A DNA stretch of 64,000 bases from the human T2T-CHM13v2.0 reference genome, Homo sapiens: NCBI RefSeq assembly GCF_009914755.1, contig NC_060927.1; one strand, written 5' to 3'. The number at the start of each line of letters is the position of its first letter. Positions within the stretch are counted from its first letter, which is position 1. The translations under genes and the position numbers were made by a program. This document shows, in pieces, positions 13,977 to 27,414 of the stretch. The notes below the pieces were generated by a model, which was not told the DNA's origin, did not search any database, and was given only the letters and a program-made list of their open reading frames with translations.

Positions 13977-14164
13977 CCTACTAAGCCCCAGCCCCCAGCC
14001 AGGCCTCCACCACCTGTGCTTCCAGCAAATCGAGCTCCTTCTGCTACTGCTCCATCTCCAGTGGGGGCTGGGACTGCTGCGCCAGCTCCATCACAAACGC
14101 CTGGCTCAGCTCCTCCTCCACAGGCGCAGGGACCACCCTATCCCACCTATCCAGGATATCCTGG
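13977..14164 (+). CDS. PDCD6IP: ALIX coding exon (probably exon 17), proline-rich domain; PARPPPP (endophilin) and GPPY/PPYP (CEP55, ALG-2) motifs
   Basis: tatag|CCT acceptor, GG|gtaagg donor; 188 nt PTKPQPPARPPPP...QGPPYPTYPGYP(G); ORF track shows another frame. Confidence 0.97.
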
Positions 14165-15084
14165 GTAAGGCTGCAACATTGTGTATCCCAAGTTGGCTAA
14201 TGTTGTTTCTAGGCTCTGGCTAACCTGTTAAAAACAGGGTCATCCCTTCTCCAAATGGAGGTGTCATGAATGAATAAGCTACACTGTCAGCTTATCCAGA
14301 AATGAAAATAATGTTATGGTCACTTACATGAATAGGATAGCTATTTCCTAGGCTTTTAAAATTTATGTTTTTATATTTTACATATTGGGTTTATATTAAA
14401 TAATCTTTTCTGTATTATAGAGTTTAGTAGGTGTTTCCTTGGACTTTAGGTGATAAACAGGTACCTTTTCTGAGCGTAGCATAGCAAAACTGATAAGGCC
14501 TTGTTTACGTCCCTATACTTAGAATACTTGGCATTTAATAAACAGTTGAATAGAAATTTATCTAATTATGGGTTGCACTTTCTTAAAGGTTAATCTCTGT
14601 GGTAATTTCTTAATTTTAAAAATCCAAACATTTGACTACCTTTTAAGATGTGCTCTAAATTTTACTTAGTAAGTACATGTTGTCTGCCAAATATTAGAAC
14701 TTTATAAGTTGTAAATTTATGTATATCACAGTGAATATTGAATATTGTGGAAGAGGAATGTATTTAGATGACTAGTTTTGCCACGTTAAAATGAAGGGTC
14801 TCCATTTTTTTTCTTTCTTTAATACTCGAATATTTAATCTTATTTTCTTCAGTATTTATTTTTGGATAGTATTAAACACTTGGTACTCTTTTGTTTTAAT
14901 TAATAACAGGATAGGAATGCTTTTCTCTGACAAGTGCCTTGAAACAGTTTTTTTCACTCCACTGTTCTTTAATAGACTAAAAAATAGAAATGACTTTCAT
15001 GAAAAACGTAGTTCTAGAATGATTATTGTTTTATTTTTTAGTATTTGATTTACCAATCAAGATTTTTCTGTTTTCTTCTATCAG

Positions 15085-15259
15085 GTATTGCCAAATGCCC
15101 ATGCCCATGGGCTATAATCCTTATGCGTATGGCCAGTATAATATGCCATATCCACCAGTGTATCACCAGAGTCCTGGACAGGCTCCATACCCGGGACCCC
15201 AGCAGCCTTCATACCCCTTCCCTCAGCCCCCACAGCAGTCTTACTATCCACAGCAGTAA
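15085..15259 (+). CDS. PDCD6IP: ALIX terminal coding exon (probably exon 18), Tyr/Pro/Gln-rich C-terminus and TAA stop
   Basis: tcag|G acceptor completes Gly codon; YCQMPMPMGYNPYAYGQY...PQQSYYPQQ*. Confidence 0.98.
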
Positions 15260-15721
15260 TATGTCTGCTCAGCAGCTCAGCTGATTCAGATCAGAGGGAA
15301 AGAAATACCAACCCTGCAATAAGTGTACTAAACTCTACGCTCTGGTTAATGTAATGTACTCTCCTGGACTGAATGCAGTGTATAATTTCTGTCTACAGCT
15401 AGAAGCTGTGCCCCAGTTCCACATTTGATTACACATGTGAGATTTGCTGCTGTTGCAGTATAAACACTAGGTATAATAGGATTTGAAATTGCATTACAGT
15501 TCATAAAAATTGAAAATGAGAAATTAAACCTGCAAGTGAAACATTTGAAACGATTATACTTTCTACATAAGACATGGTTGGGACATCAGATACTTACAAA
15601 GATGGTTTAAGTATGGATACTAGAGAAAATTAAGTTTTCTTTCTCTTTGGTTTATTGATTTGGTTTAATTTCCATTATGCTATTTTGCATAATCAAGGCA
15701 CTGTAAATCTTATAATTTTAA

Positions 15722-16127
15722 AATAAATTACTTAAGAACAGTTGTCATTGTTATGTTTTGTTATTGATTCTCATTACTGTCTAATTTTTTTTCTGGTATT
15801 AGTCTCATTTTGTATGTATATAAGTTAAACAGATACTGTTTTTAAGTGCATGAATAGTACAAGTTATTATCAAGGATGTTTTACAGGGAAATCAAAAGAA
15901 TATTATCATACTTTATCTTTCGTATGCTGATTAGTAAACGATTTTTGACATTTATTTTAGAAAGTCCTATAATGTGGAAGAAACAAACAGTTGCTACCAA
16001 AGATTCTTCAAATAAACATACAAATAAATGTGTATATTTAATGTTTTATTGTTAGCTTCTCCAGAAAATTGATGCAAATTCTGGTAATAATTCTTGCATT
16101 TTTTCCCCATAACCTGGTTAAAATAAA
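15722..16127 (+). terminator. Cluster of proximal poly(A) signals (AATAAA at 15722, 16011, 16023, 16122)
   Basis: Hexamers seen directly; 15722 and 16011/16023 followed by GT/T-rich tracts. Confidence 0.55.
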
Positions 16128-18415
16128 TACGCCATTGGCAATACTTCATAATGTAATGGAATTGTTTGGGGAACACTTACTGTACCCTCTCATCCTTTTT
16201 CCACCTTACTGTGTTAACTTAGTGACATTTAATGCCCAATATGTATGAATAGATCTAAGCCATTTAATTTTTTTTCCTTAAAGATTGGAGTATTTTATAA
16301 TTCAAGGAGCATACAAAACAATGGTTGGGAACATATGCCAATTATGGAATAGGCTATGTATTTAATATTAATCTCTGCCATTAGGATATCTACTCACTGT
16401 ATAAACCTCAGTAAAAATAGTGAAGACATGCATCATGGAATGAGAAAATGAGAAAGGAATGAGTTGTCTAACATCACAGTGGGATCTGTTTTTTGTGAGG
16501 TTCATTTCTGAACACATTAGGCATATGAGCAGATTTCCAGTGAATCTATTTATGTTTATTTTCTGAGTTTCAACGCTGACCTTTTCTTGCATTATTGTTT
16601 CATTTTAATGATAGTGTTACTTGTCCCACTGTTGTTTTCATTGAGTTTGGATTTATATTTTAAATGTTCGAATGAAAGTATGATTGTAAAAGGGAGTGAA
16701 TTGGTTTAAAAATATATGTATATTTTAAACTTTGTTGTGTGTAGGAAACATGAAGGCATGTTAATTCAATATAAATGACCTTTGATTTCATGGAATATTA
16801 AAGTTGGTTTAAAGTCCAATAGTTAAACCTTAGCAAAAATAGCTTTTTACTTCATCAGTTGCTAAGATTTAATACTTTGGATTCATCAAAGTGTGACATG
16901 GGCTTGTTTGACTTCTGTAAGTGGCATTTAAGTTCCACATTCTTATTACTTGAGGTACTTTATACTAACATAAGACAGTGAGAGTTAGAGGTATTACAAG
17001 TTGCTAGTTTATAATGTCTTACTAATGCAGAAACAAGGAAAAAAGCAAAATTGGCCTGAATATTCTCTTGGGGAAAGAGGGCACCAAAGAAAAGGGTAAG
17101 TGCATCTGAGGGCCAAAAGAGATGTATAAGCCTTTTAGCCCATTCCCCATGCTGGGCCTGCTCACAGAGCCACAGGAAGATCATTCAGAAACTAGGAAAG
17201 GAGGCCCCCACAGCTGATCCTGCCACAGCACACCTGACTCACTCGGCTCTGTTAGTGTAACCTTTTAAATGTAGCAACACAAACCCTTTCCCTCTTGTCA
17301 GTTCACTCATCCTTTGGTTTCTTTTTAATCACCTGTGTCTGGGCACAGACAATCACAATAAATGCAGCCCTTTATTACTGTTAAGGATCATACTGTTGGT
17401 TTGGAGTTGGAAGGGTACTACTCTGTGATTCAGGTGTGTTGTACCCATATTTATAATTAGGCTTTATTATCTTCCTAAATCAAGGAAAGGAAATCATCCC
17501 CAGACCATTTATGCTGAGCTTTGGAATACTATTTTAAACTGGATTGTACTTAAATAATGAAGCTCTGCATAGAGGAACTAGTCAGAAGTGGGGAAAACAC
17601 TGTCTAATTTTTATCAGTCTGGTATAAAGTATTGATCTAAGAGAACTCTCCCTGTGCCCCTTGGTCTTTATTCTCAATTAAGAAAAACAGTCACATGTCA
17701 CGACAAACCAATCAATCTTTATGAGATATTCCTGTATCCATACCCCAGCTTGTTTGCAATTTATAAACCTCCCCTTCAAAACTAAGGAGTTGCAGAAAAA
17801 AATGGATTTCACAGAGCCTTGTGTCCCTAAAGTTCTGTCCCAGTCAGCAGTCTTTATAGTCCAAACAGATTATAAAAAATGTTTTCCATTTGAACTTTAC
17901 AGTTTGCAAAAGTGCTTTTATACATTTTCTAATTTCAGAAACAGGATAATTTGTTAAGTGGGTTTCAGTTTGCTAATAGGGATTTTTTGTGTTTTGTTTT
18001 TTAATTTTCAGCATCTCTTGAAGAATCTTGCTACAGCCAAATGGCATCTCACTTTTTAAAGACGTTTGCAATTATTAGTTGATTCACAGTACAGAACAAG
18101 GTATAAAGGAAAAAACCCTGCTAGGTAGTGTTATAATTGCTAGATTAAAAATAGACTAGAACAGGTTCATTTTAAGATTTACTTGGAAGAGCAAAGAAGG
18201 AAAAATTATATTTTTAAAGAAAGAGAATATTCAGGCTTTATTTCTGGTATGAAGTTTATATTTTTTAAAAAAATCCTATATTATCACACCAGAGATTTTA
18301 GATTCTTTTCTGGTTAGAAACATTGCTGGTAGTTGGATTATATTTTTATTGTATTCATTTATCTTAGGGGGAACATTGTAAAGAAACAAAAAGGTCCAGA
18401 TGAATGTATGCTAGA

Positions 18416-18421
18416 AATAAA
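18416..18421 (+). terminator. Distal polyadenylation signal AATAAA
   Basis: Canonical hexamer, TGTA elements upstream (~18377, ~18405), U-rich sequence downstream. Confidence 0.8.
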
Positions 18422-19278
18422 AGTTGAAAGATTCTTACTTCTTTGGAGTATGAATTCTTATTTAAAGTGTTTATTCTTCAGCTTTATAGTTTCCATTATT
18501 TCTTTGACAAATGGTGAATTGGAAAATGTAAAAAAAATACCCACTTTGACTAAATGCATGAGACTACAAAAGGAAGATAGTGTTTAAATTTTTTTTTTTT
18601 CACACCTGCAACCTGATAATTTAGCGGTCATGGATGGGCCATGTTTTTCATTGCTTATGTGATTTACTCTAGGAGTATTCTTTTCAAATACCACTTTTTA
18701 GGTTAATTTTTGGAAATGATCAGCAAGATTACTATACTCATCAGCTGATGAGGGGAAGGGGGATGGGTTCTGCTGCATCCCGAGTGAAGATGACTGAGAA
18801 GCTGTGTGCTTGGCCTGCTTTAGTATTTACTGCTATCACAGGGCAGGATTGGCTTAGGAACTCCCTGTGAGCAGACCGACTACAGCCTGTGAACCAGAGG
18901 GCTTCATGCCACCGAGCCTCAGACCACAGGCTACTGCCAGTCAGTGTCCCTGCCCAATGACCGGTCTTGCCTTTGTAAGTTATCAATTTGGGGCACATCC
19001 AAGCTGTCTGCCTTTTCTCCTCATTGGTGCTGTGCAAAGGATCCTGGCTTCTCTCAGTTCTGTGGCTCCCGCGATCCTTTCTGCTTAAAAGTTGCGTAAG
19101 TTATGAACACAGGTGATACAGGTGAAGAGGTTCAAGTCTATTACCATTGTTTTTAAGTGTTCCTATATTTTTAACTGTTTTAAGCTTTACACACTTTGAA
19201 GCCCACATGATTCGCACTCATCAAGTATGTCTTTATTGTGAACATGAAGTGGCCCTTTTCCATCTTGCAGTATATTCT

Positions 19279-19566
19279 ATTTTTTGAGGCGAGTTCTCGC
19301 TGTTGCCCAGGTTGGAGTGCGGCGGTGCTATTTTGGCTCTCTGCAGCCTCAAACTCCTGGGCTCAGTCAATTCAACCTCCTCAGCCTCTTTAGTAACTGG
19401 GACTACAAGCACCTGCCACCATGCCCAGCTAATTTTTTTTTTGTGGAGATGGAGGTTTCACCATGTTCCCCAGGCTGGCCTTGAACTCCTCAGCTCAAGC
19501 GACCCACCTGCCGCGACCTCCCAAAGTGTTAGGATTACTAATAGGCATGAGCCATTGCACCCGGCT
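19279..19566 (-). mobile_element. AluJ
   Basis: Diverged antisense dimer. Confidence 0.88.
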
Positions 19567-19926
19567 ACTGTTTTATATGACTACTCTTGTTTTGTTTTTG
19601 GATGCATTAGCAGGTTTTCTAACCTAATGTGTGCACCTGCTTTAGTTTTAGATGTTTAGATTTAGTTACTTGACTCAACCTTTTTTTTTTTTTTAGTAAT
19701 TTAAAAGGGAAGTTTAACAATTTTGGTAAAATTAAATGATCTGATATTTTTGTCTGATACAAATATTTTATCCTTTCTATTTTCTATATCTGTCATTGCT
19801 TGGATTATGTGTTCTTTTATGTTTCCTAGTTGTTTGAAATATTGTTTATTACCTATAATTTTTGAAAGCATTAATATTCTTTTTTTCCTTCTCAGCCATA
19901 TGTTGTTTCTTAAAAAGTAGGGGATG

Positions 19927-20263
<337 letters not shown>

Positions 20264-21214
20264 TTAGGCTCATAATTGCTAATGCACTATTATTTTTACA
20301 TTGTACATCTCGATTATAATTGTTAATGTTTGCATTTTTTTATTACTCGATTTATAAAATATGTAAACATGGTCTATTATAACTTGGTTATAGCTGGTCC
20401 TCTTCTCTTGTTCCCTTCTTGGGATGCTTTTGAACATTCAGGAGGTTTGGTCTTGCCCTCTCTCTTACACCAGTCTTACTCTGCCTCCAGCCTGTGGGCT
20501 TCTCTGTTGCCAGCAGGTGCCAGTGATTCTGGATGAGGAACTCCCTGAGGGGCCAGTGTCTTCTTTTTCCACTGAACCCTGGAAGAAGAGGGGTGCACAA
20601 GAATGGCCCCTTCAGCCTTCATCAGCCTCCCACAATGGACTGGGCTGCATAATGTGTTCTTTTTAAAAGTAGTATGTTTTTTGAATAGGCAATACACGGT
20701 ATAAATTTCAAAAGGTAGAAAATGGTGTATGATAGTAAGTGTCCTTCCTGCCCCTGTCCCTTGACCCAGTTTTCTTCCTTAAGACAGTCTCCACTACCAG
20801 GGCGCACAGGGTTCACATTGTATTTAGACTTAACAGCTCCCAGAAGCAGGTGTGTTGTGACCCTCTGTGGAAGGCACACAATGAATTGTGATAGTTGCAT
20901 CTAAAACTGGAGTTTTATTCTTTCATAGAGACCAAAGACTGTTTTTAGCTAGAGAATTATTTCTAAGTTCAGCTACGCTTGACATTATTAAGAACAGTAA
21001 CATGTACTGAATCGCTGCCAATTTCTAATCCCACTATGCTTTCATGTTCTTTCAAAATTATCCAAGGTATATATCATAATTTTTTATAAAGATTTGCATT
21101 TTAGGCTGATATTTAAGTAGTTTTTCAGCAAGAAACTTGTAACATTGAATCACAGAGAATAGCTATATCTAGAAAGGGAACAGAGCATAACCACATTTAA
21201 TTCCTTTTGACAAC

Positions 21215-21698
21215 GTCAGGCAGAATAATGGCCTGTCTATGTCCGTGTCCTGTTCCCCAGCACCTGTGAATACGTTAGGCTCTTTGGCAAAGGGGAATTA
21301 AGATTGCTAATCATCTGATTTGAAAATAGGGAGATGATTTTGGATTATCAGGCTGAATCCGTGTGATTTCCGTTTCCTAAAAGTGGAAGGAGGAGATGGA
21401 AAAAGGAGAAAAGGACAGATGGCAGAATGAAAATGACTTGACCTAATGCTGCTGGCTAAGAAGATGGGGCCATGAGCCACAGAAAGTGGGCAGCTTCTAG
21501 AACCTGGGAAAGGGAAGGAAGATTCACCCCTAGATCCTACAGAAGGAAGGCCTACACAGGCCTGTCAGCACCTTGACGTCAGTTCTGTGAGACTAATTTT
21601 GGACTTCAGACTTCCAGAACTGTAAGATAAATTTGTGTTGTTTTAAGCCACTAAGTTTGTGGTAGTTTATTATCGTAGCAACAGGAAATAAATTATAC
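21215..21698 (+). mobile_element. MLT1D-like MaLR solo LTR
   Basis: 'ggcagaataatggcc...' start and 'gaactgtaagataaatttgtgttgttttaagccactaagtttgtggta' end. Confidence 0.82.
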
Positions 21699-22179
21699 TC
21701 AGTTTGGTTTATTAGCAACTTCTTTGTTCTGCTCCCTGGGTTATACCGAGTATACTGCATCCTCTAGCTTCTCTCATCAGCAGGAAGGTGGGAATTTACA
21801 ACACGGTGGTGACTCCACAAAGGCCACGTGGGCCCAGCGTTGGCTGCACCATTCCCTTTAATGAAAGAGTATTTGGTTCCTAAAGGAAGATTCACTTTCT
21901 TATTTCTTGTTTCGTATTTTAGGGTCTTTATGTTATTCCCTTTCCATAACAGTGTCTTTTATCACTATTGGGGTTTTCAGAAAGGAAATACAATGTAGAT
22001 GGAAGTGAGGCGACTGCACAAGGGAAGGCACTTGGAAACAGACCACAGTGCTGTGGAAGAGATATCTGTTGCCTTTTTTTCCTTGTAAGTAATGTGTTAC
22101 AAAACTTTTAACCATTAGAGTTGAAATTTTTCTCCAGCAAAGATCTGTCTTTACTCAAATTACCTGGTAATGTATGAAC

Positions 22180-25100
22180 TTTTTTTAAAAAACAGATTTT
22201 TTTAAGAGCAGTTTTAGGTTTAAAGAAAATAGAGGAGAAAGCATAGAGTTCCCTTATACCCCGCTTACCCCACCCCCTCACAGTTTCTCCTCTTGTTAAC
22301 ATCTTGTATTAGTGTAGCTCACTGATTACAATTGATGACCCAGTATTCACACATTATTATTAACTAAAGTACATAATTTATGTTAAGGCTCATCTTCTGT
22401 GTTGTACATCTGTGGATTTTGCCAAATGCATAATGTCATGTATTCACCATCACAGTCTCATATAGAATAGTTTCACTGTCCTAAAAATCCCTTGTGCTCT
22501 ACCTACTCACCCTTCTCCCCAACCTGGACAACCACTGATCGTTTTATTGTCTGTATAGTTTTGTCTTTTCCAGAATGTCATACAGTTAGAATCATACAAT
22601 ATGTAGCCTTTTCAGACCGCCTTCTTGGCATGTAAGTTTCCTTTGTGCCTTTTTGTGGTTTCATAGCTCATTTCTTTTTAGTGCTGAGTAATATTCCATT
22701 GTATGAGAATACTGGATATATCAGTTTGGTTATCCATCTACCTTTTGAAAGACACACTTGTTGCTTCCAGTTTTTGGCATTTATGAATAAACATTAATGT
22801 GCAGGTTTGTATGGACATAAAATTTCAACTTATTTGGGTGAGAACCTAGAAGCACAATTCATGGATCATAAAAGACTATGTTTTGCTTTGTAAGAAGCTG
22901 CCAAACTGTCTTCTAAGGTTGCTGTACCATTTTGCATTCCCACCAGCACTGAATGAGAGTTCCTGTTTCTCCACATCCTCGCTAGCATTTGGTATTGTCA
23001 GATTTTTGGATTTTAGCCATTCTAATAGGTGTGTAGTGGTATATTACTATTTTTAATGTGCAATTTCTTAATGATTTATGACGTTGAGCATCTTTTCACA
23101 TGCTTATATGCCATCTTGTATCTTTGGTGAGACATCTGTTCAGGACCTCTATCCATTTTTGAATTGGATTTTCTCATTGAATTTTAATGCTTTTTTGGGG
23201 TATATTTTAATGTAGTTCCTTTATCAGATGTGTTTTGCAAATATTTTCTTCCAGTTTGTAGAGCAAAAGCTTTTTCACAGAGCAAAAGTTTTTAATTTAA
23301 TGAAGTCAAACTTACCAGTTCTTTCATGGCTCGTGCTTGTGGTGTTATATCAAATCTATGTCAAACCCTAGATTACCTAGCTTTTATCCTATGTTATATT
23401 CTGGAAATTTTGTAGTTTTGTGTTTTATATTTATGTCTATGATCATCTCCTTTACTTTTGAAGGATAATTTTGCCAAATACAGAATTCTAGGTTGGTGAT
23501 TATTTTCTTTCAACACCGTAAATATTTCCCTTCTCTTCTTACTTGCATTGTTTGTGAAGTCTAATGGAATTCTTATCCTTATTTTTCTATAGGTAAGGCA
23601 GGTTTTTCTCTGCTTTCTTTCAAGATTTTCTCTGTCTTTGGTTTTCTGCAAGTTTGAATATGATTTGTTAAAGTGTAGACTTTTCTGTATTTGTCCTGAT
23701 TCGTGTTCTCCAAGCTTCCTGGATCTGTGGTTTTGTATCTGTCATTAATCCTGGAAAATTCTAATCCATTATTACTTCAAATATTTATTCTTCTCCTTTC
23801 TTTCTTCAGCTTCTGGTGTTCTCTTTGTGAATATATTACATGTTATGTTATTGTCCCACAGTTGTTGGCTATTCTGTTCCAATTTTTCATTCTTAGCATT
23901 TCAGTTTGGGAAGTTTCTCTTGACATATCTTCAAGCTCACTGAATATTTTCTCATCTGTATCTAGTTTACCAGTGAGCCCATCAAAGGCATTCTTCATTT
24001 ATATTATAGGGCTTTTGATTTCTAGTATTTTCTTTCATTTCTTTCTTAGAGTTTCGAGCTGTCTGCTTTCATTACTCATCTGTTCTTGCATGCTGTCCAC
24101 TTTTACATTGGAACCCTTAGCATATTAAGTATAGTTATTTAAAATTCCCAGTCAAATAGTATCAAAATCTTTTCCATATGTAAGTCTTGTTCTGTTGTTT
24201 GCTTATCTTTTCAGAGTGTTTTTCTTGCCTTTTAATGTGCCTTGTAATTTACTGTTGAAAGGCAGATTTGATATATTGGCTAAAAGGACCTGAGGTAAAC
24301 AGATCTTTAGGATAAGGGTTTATGTTTATCTGGCTAAGAACTTGGCTGTGTTTATCACTTACCATAGCTGTAGATGTCTGAGATTTCAGTTTTCTTCAGT
24401 GTCCTCATTTTTGTTTTCCCTGTTGTTTTTGGTTTTCCCTAGACATTCTTTCTTAAACAGAGCCTCAGGCTTGCAGTTGTTTCAGCTGTAATCTCTGTTG
24501 TCACACAGGAGCCTTATTGATGTGGTGTTGAGGTGTGAGGGTAGAAGTGTTCTATAATCCTGTGATTTGGTCTCAATCTTTCAAGGAGCCTGTGGCCATG
24601 GCCTGTGACCCTCACAAGTGCTTCCCAGCTTTTGTTTTACTCCTTAGGTGAGACAGGAAGTTAGTTAAAGGGGGCTGGAGTTGGGTACAGTTGTCTCTGT
24701 CAGTATCAGTAGGTGCTTGATTCCAGGACTTCTCACAAATACCAAAGTGCATGGATACTCAAGTCCTTGATATAAAATGGCATAGTATTTGCATATAACC
24801 TATGCACATCTTCCCATATACTTTAAATTATCTCTAGATTACTTATAATACCAAATACAATGTAAATGCTATGTAGTTGTTTTACTATATTGTTTAGGGA
24901 ATAATGACAAGTAAAGAAAGTCTGTACGTGTTCAGTAGTGATACAATTAAAAAAATTTTTTTTTGGTCTAACGTTAGTTGAATTTAGGGATGCAAAACCT
25001 ATGGACACAGAGTGGGGACTGTATTTCCTTTCCCCTACATTGTAACCAGTATAGTTTCCCTTGAGGGCAAGTGGAGAACAGAATGCTCAGATGGTTACTT

Positions 25101-25500
25101 TCCCCTTCTGCTGGAAGCATCAGGGGATTTCCCCCAAATTTTCACCACGAGACCCTGGTAGGGCTTTTGCAGGTGAAACTCATGAAAACATGGGGGCCCC
25201 TCTGGGCCTGGGCCCCAGGAGTTTTTAACACACAGTCTAGGCCCCACTCAGCTTCCAGCAGTTTGTCCATTACAGTTTTTTTCCTCCTAGATCCTGGCTC
25301 CAGTGGCTTCGGCTCCTGCTTCTGTATTTGTCTGTTTCTCCAGTCTTGGGGCTATTTGTTTGCCCTGTGATCTCAATTCTCTGGTGGATTAAAAAAAGAA
25401 TTGTTGATTTTCAGTTTGTTCAGCTCTTTTTTGTTGTGAGGATGAAGGGGTGGTTGCTGAGCTCTTCACATGTCAGAGCAGAACCCCAGAAGTCCAGATG
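22180..25500 (-). mobile_element. L1MC-like element: 3'UTR/ORF2 tail joined to ORF1/5' region, interrupted by MER2
   Basis: L1MC 3' motif 'agcagttttaggttt'; ORF 23394-23651 contains ORF1p-like 'LKENNHQPRILYLAKLSFK'. Confidence 0.75.
24688..25021. mobile_element. MER2 (TcMar-Tigger MITE)
   Basis: TA|CAGT...ACTG|TA termini; internal 'gatataaaatggcatagtatttgcatataacctatgcacatc'. Confidence 0.88.
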
Positions 25501-25799
25501 AGCTTTGGATACAAATACTCAAGCCTTTAGTAAGCTTGGAGGATTTTTCACTTCTCTTCCATGTGCTCTCGACTGCCTTCTGGAATCTCTATTGTTACAG
25601 ATACTAGATCTCTCCACATGTTTTCTATCTGTGTAGCACATAATAAATGTTTAGTAATGTTAGCTACTATTATTTTTTACCCATTATTTTAATCTTCCAC
25701 CTTTTTCTTGATTGGAGAAGTTTCTTGAAATAATCTAATTCACAATTCCTTTTTCTGCAGCACTTGGTCTGCCACACACTGTCACCAATGCATTTTAAA

Positions 25800-26985
25800 A
25801 AGTTAGTCCAAGCTTATGGGGTACATGTGACATTTTGATACATGTATATAATGCATTGTGATCAAGCCAGGATATTCAGGGTGCCCATCACCCAAGAACA
25901 ATACATTTCTGTTAAGCATAACCACCTTACTCTGCGATCAAACACTGAATTTATTCCATCTTATTCTACGTTTGTGCCCTTTACCCCACTTCCCTTCTTC
26001 TTCTTGCCCCCACTCACCCTTCCCAGTCTCTGTTGTCTAGTTTTTCACTCTTTACCTCCAAGTGATCAAATGTTTTAGTTCCCACATTTGAGTGAGAACA
26101 TGTGGTATCTGTCTTTCTGTGCCTGGCTTATTTCACTTAAGATAATGACCTCCAGTTCCATCCGTGTTGCTACCAATGACATAATTGTATTTGCTTTTTA
26201 TGGCTGAATGACATTCTACTGTGTATATATATACTACAGTTTCTTTACTTTATCCATTCATCTATTGATAGGTGCTTAGGTTGATTCCATACCTTAGCTA
26301 TTGTGGATAGTGCTGCATAAACCTGTGGGTGCAGGTGCCCCTTTGGTATTTTGATATTTTTTCCTTTGAGTAGATACTCAATAGAGGAATTACTGGATCA
26401 AGTGGCAATTCTAGTTTTAGTTTAAAAAAAAAAACTAAAAACCATTTTTTTGAATTAACTCTTTAATACTAAAGATTTTTAAATTGCTTATAGATATAAT
26501 TTTTTTGCAATTTACTTTTTTTCTTTTACATTCTCAACATAGCAAAATACTGTAAGAATGATTAGGGACTGACATTTTTAATAAAATCATCACTAAGTTT
26601 TACTTCTCAATATACTCTTTTTTTATAGAGAATGTTGTTATATGTCCAACCACTGATTTTTGGTTCTTGTGAAGTGCTTTCTTTTGTGGATAGTTGTTCA
26701 ATTTGGTGTTCCTGCAGAGGGGATGATGGCTGGAGGCTTCTATTTGGCCACCTTGCTCCATCTCTCCTATTTTAGGCTTTTTGATAAATCTCTGTGCAGT
26801 TTTCCATAGTGGCTGTACTAGTCTACATTCCCAGCAACACTGTATAAGAGTTCCCTTTTCTTCGGATCCTCACCAACACCTGTTATTTTTGTCTTTTTAA
26901 TAGTAGCATTCTGACTGGGTAAGATGACATCTCATTGTGGTTGTGATTTGTATTTCTCTGATGATTAGTGATGTTGAGCATTCCA
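25800..26985 (-). mobile_element. L1MA 3' fragment, split by a nested insert at ~26424-26766
   Basis: L1MA 3' end antisense; L1 sequence resumes collinearly at 26767. Confidence 0.82.
26653..26766 (-). mobile_element. First ~114 nt of an L1M1/L1MA-type 5'UTR
   Basis: Minus strand gagagatggagcaaggtggccaaatagaagcctcc...aagaaccaaaaatcag matches recalled L1M 5' end with YY1-like start. Confidence 0.75.
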
Positions 26986-27116
26986 AAACATTTTCAAATA
27001 TGGCCATGATATTTTATGATTTGGTACAATCTTTACTGATCTCACATTTTCCCCTGTAGATAGTAGCTGCTTGATTTCACTGATATCATGGTAGCCACTC
27101 TTTTTTATATAATCGT

Positions 27117-27414
27117 TGTTAGTTGAAAATTAGCCCCCTGTTCCTGCAAGGATTCCCCCTCCCCATTTCCTTTAGATGTTACGTAACCTGAGCTAGAAAT
27201 AATGCAGCGCTGTTAGAATTTAGCAAAACAACTCTAGGATGTGTGTTTACGCAGAATGTATGCCATACCAGCCCCCACAGTCAACCCCCATAAACCACCC
27301 CAGCGTATGAGCTCAGGGCTGCCTCCTCTGCCTGTCAAGGAGCAGCCCAGCAGGTCAGTAAACTCACTTGCTTGACTTTGGGTCTACTGGTCCTTTCTCT
27401 TGGCTGACTTTACA
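27117..27414 (+). mobile_element. Short solo LTR, ERVL-like (subfamily uncertain)
   Basis: TGT...ACA termini, AGTAAA ~50 bp before the end, 5 bp TSD at(c/a)gt. Confidence 0.65.

Larger units (their letters stand above)
15260..18440 (+). other. PDCD6IP: PDCD6IP long 3'UTR (~3.2 kb; end approximate)
   Basis: Follows stop; AU-rich; no recognisable interspersed repeat; ends after AATAAA 18416-18421. Confidence 0.8.

Noticed and set aside
13957-14223. 88 aa ORF over exon 17 (similarly the 79 aa ORF 15045-15284 over the last exon)
   Set aside because: Alternative frames of Pro-rich ALIX exons; splice phases fix the real frame.
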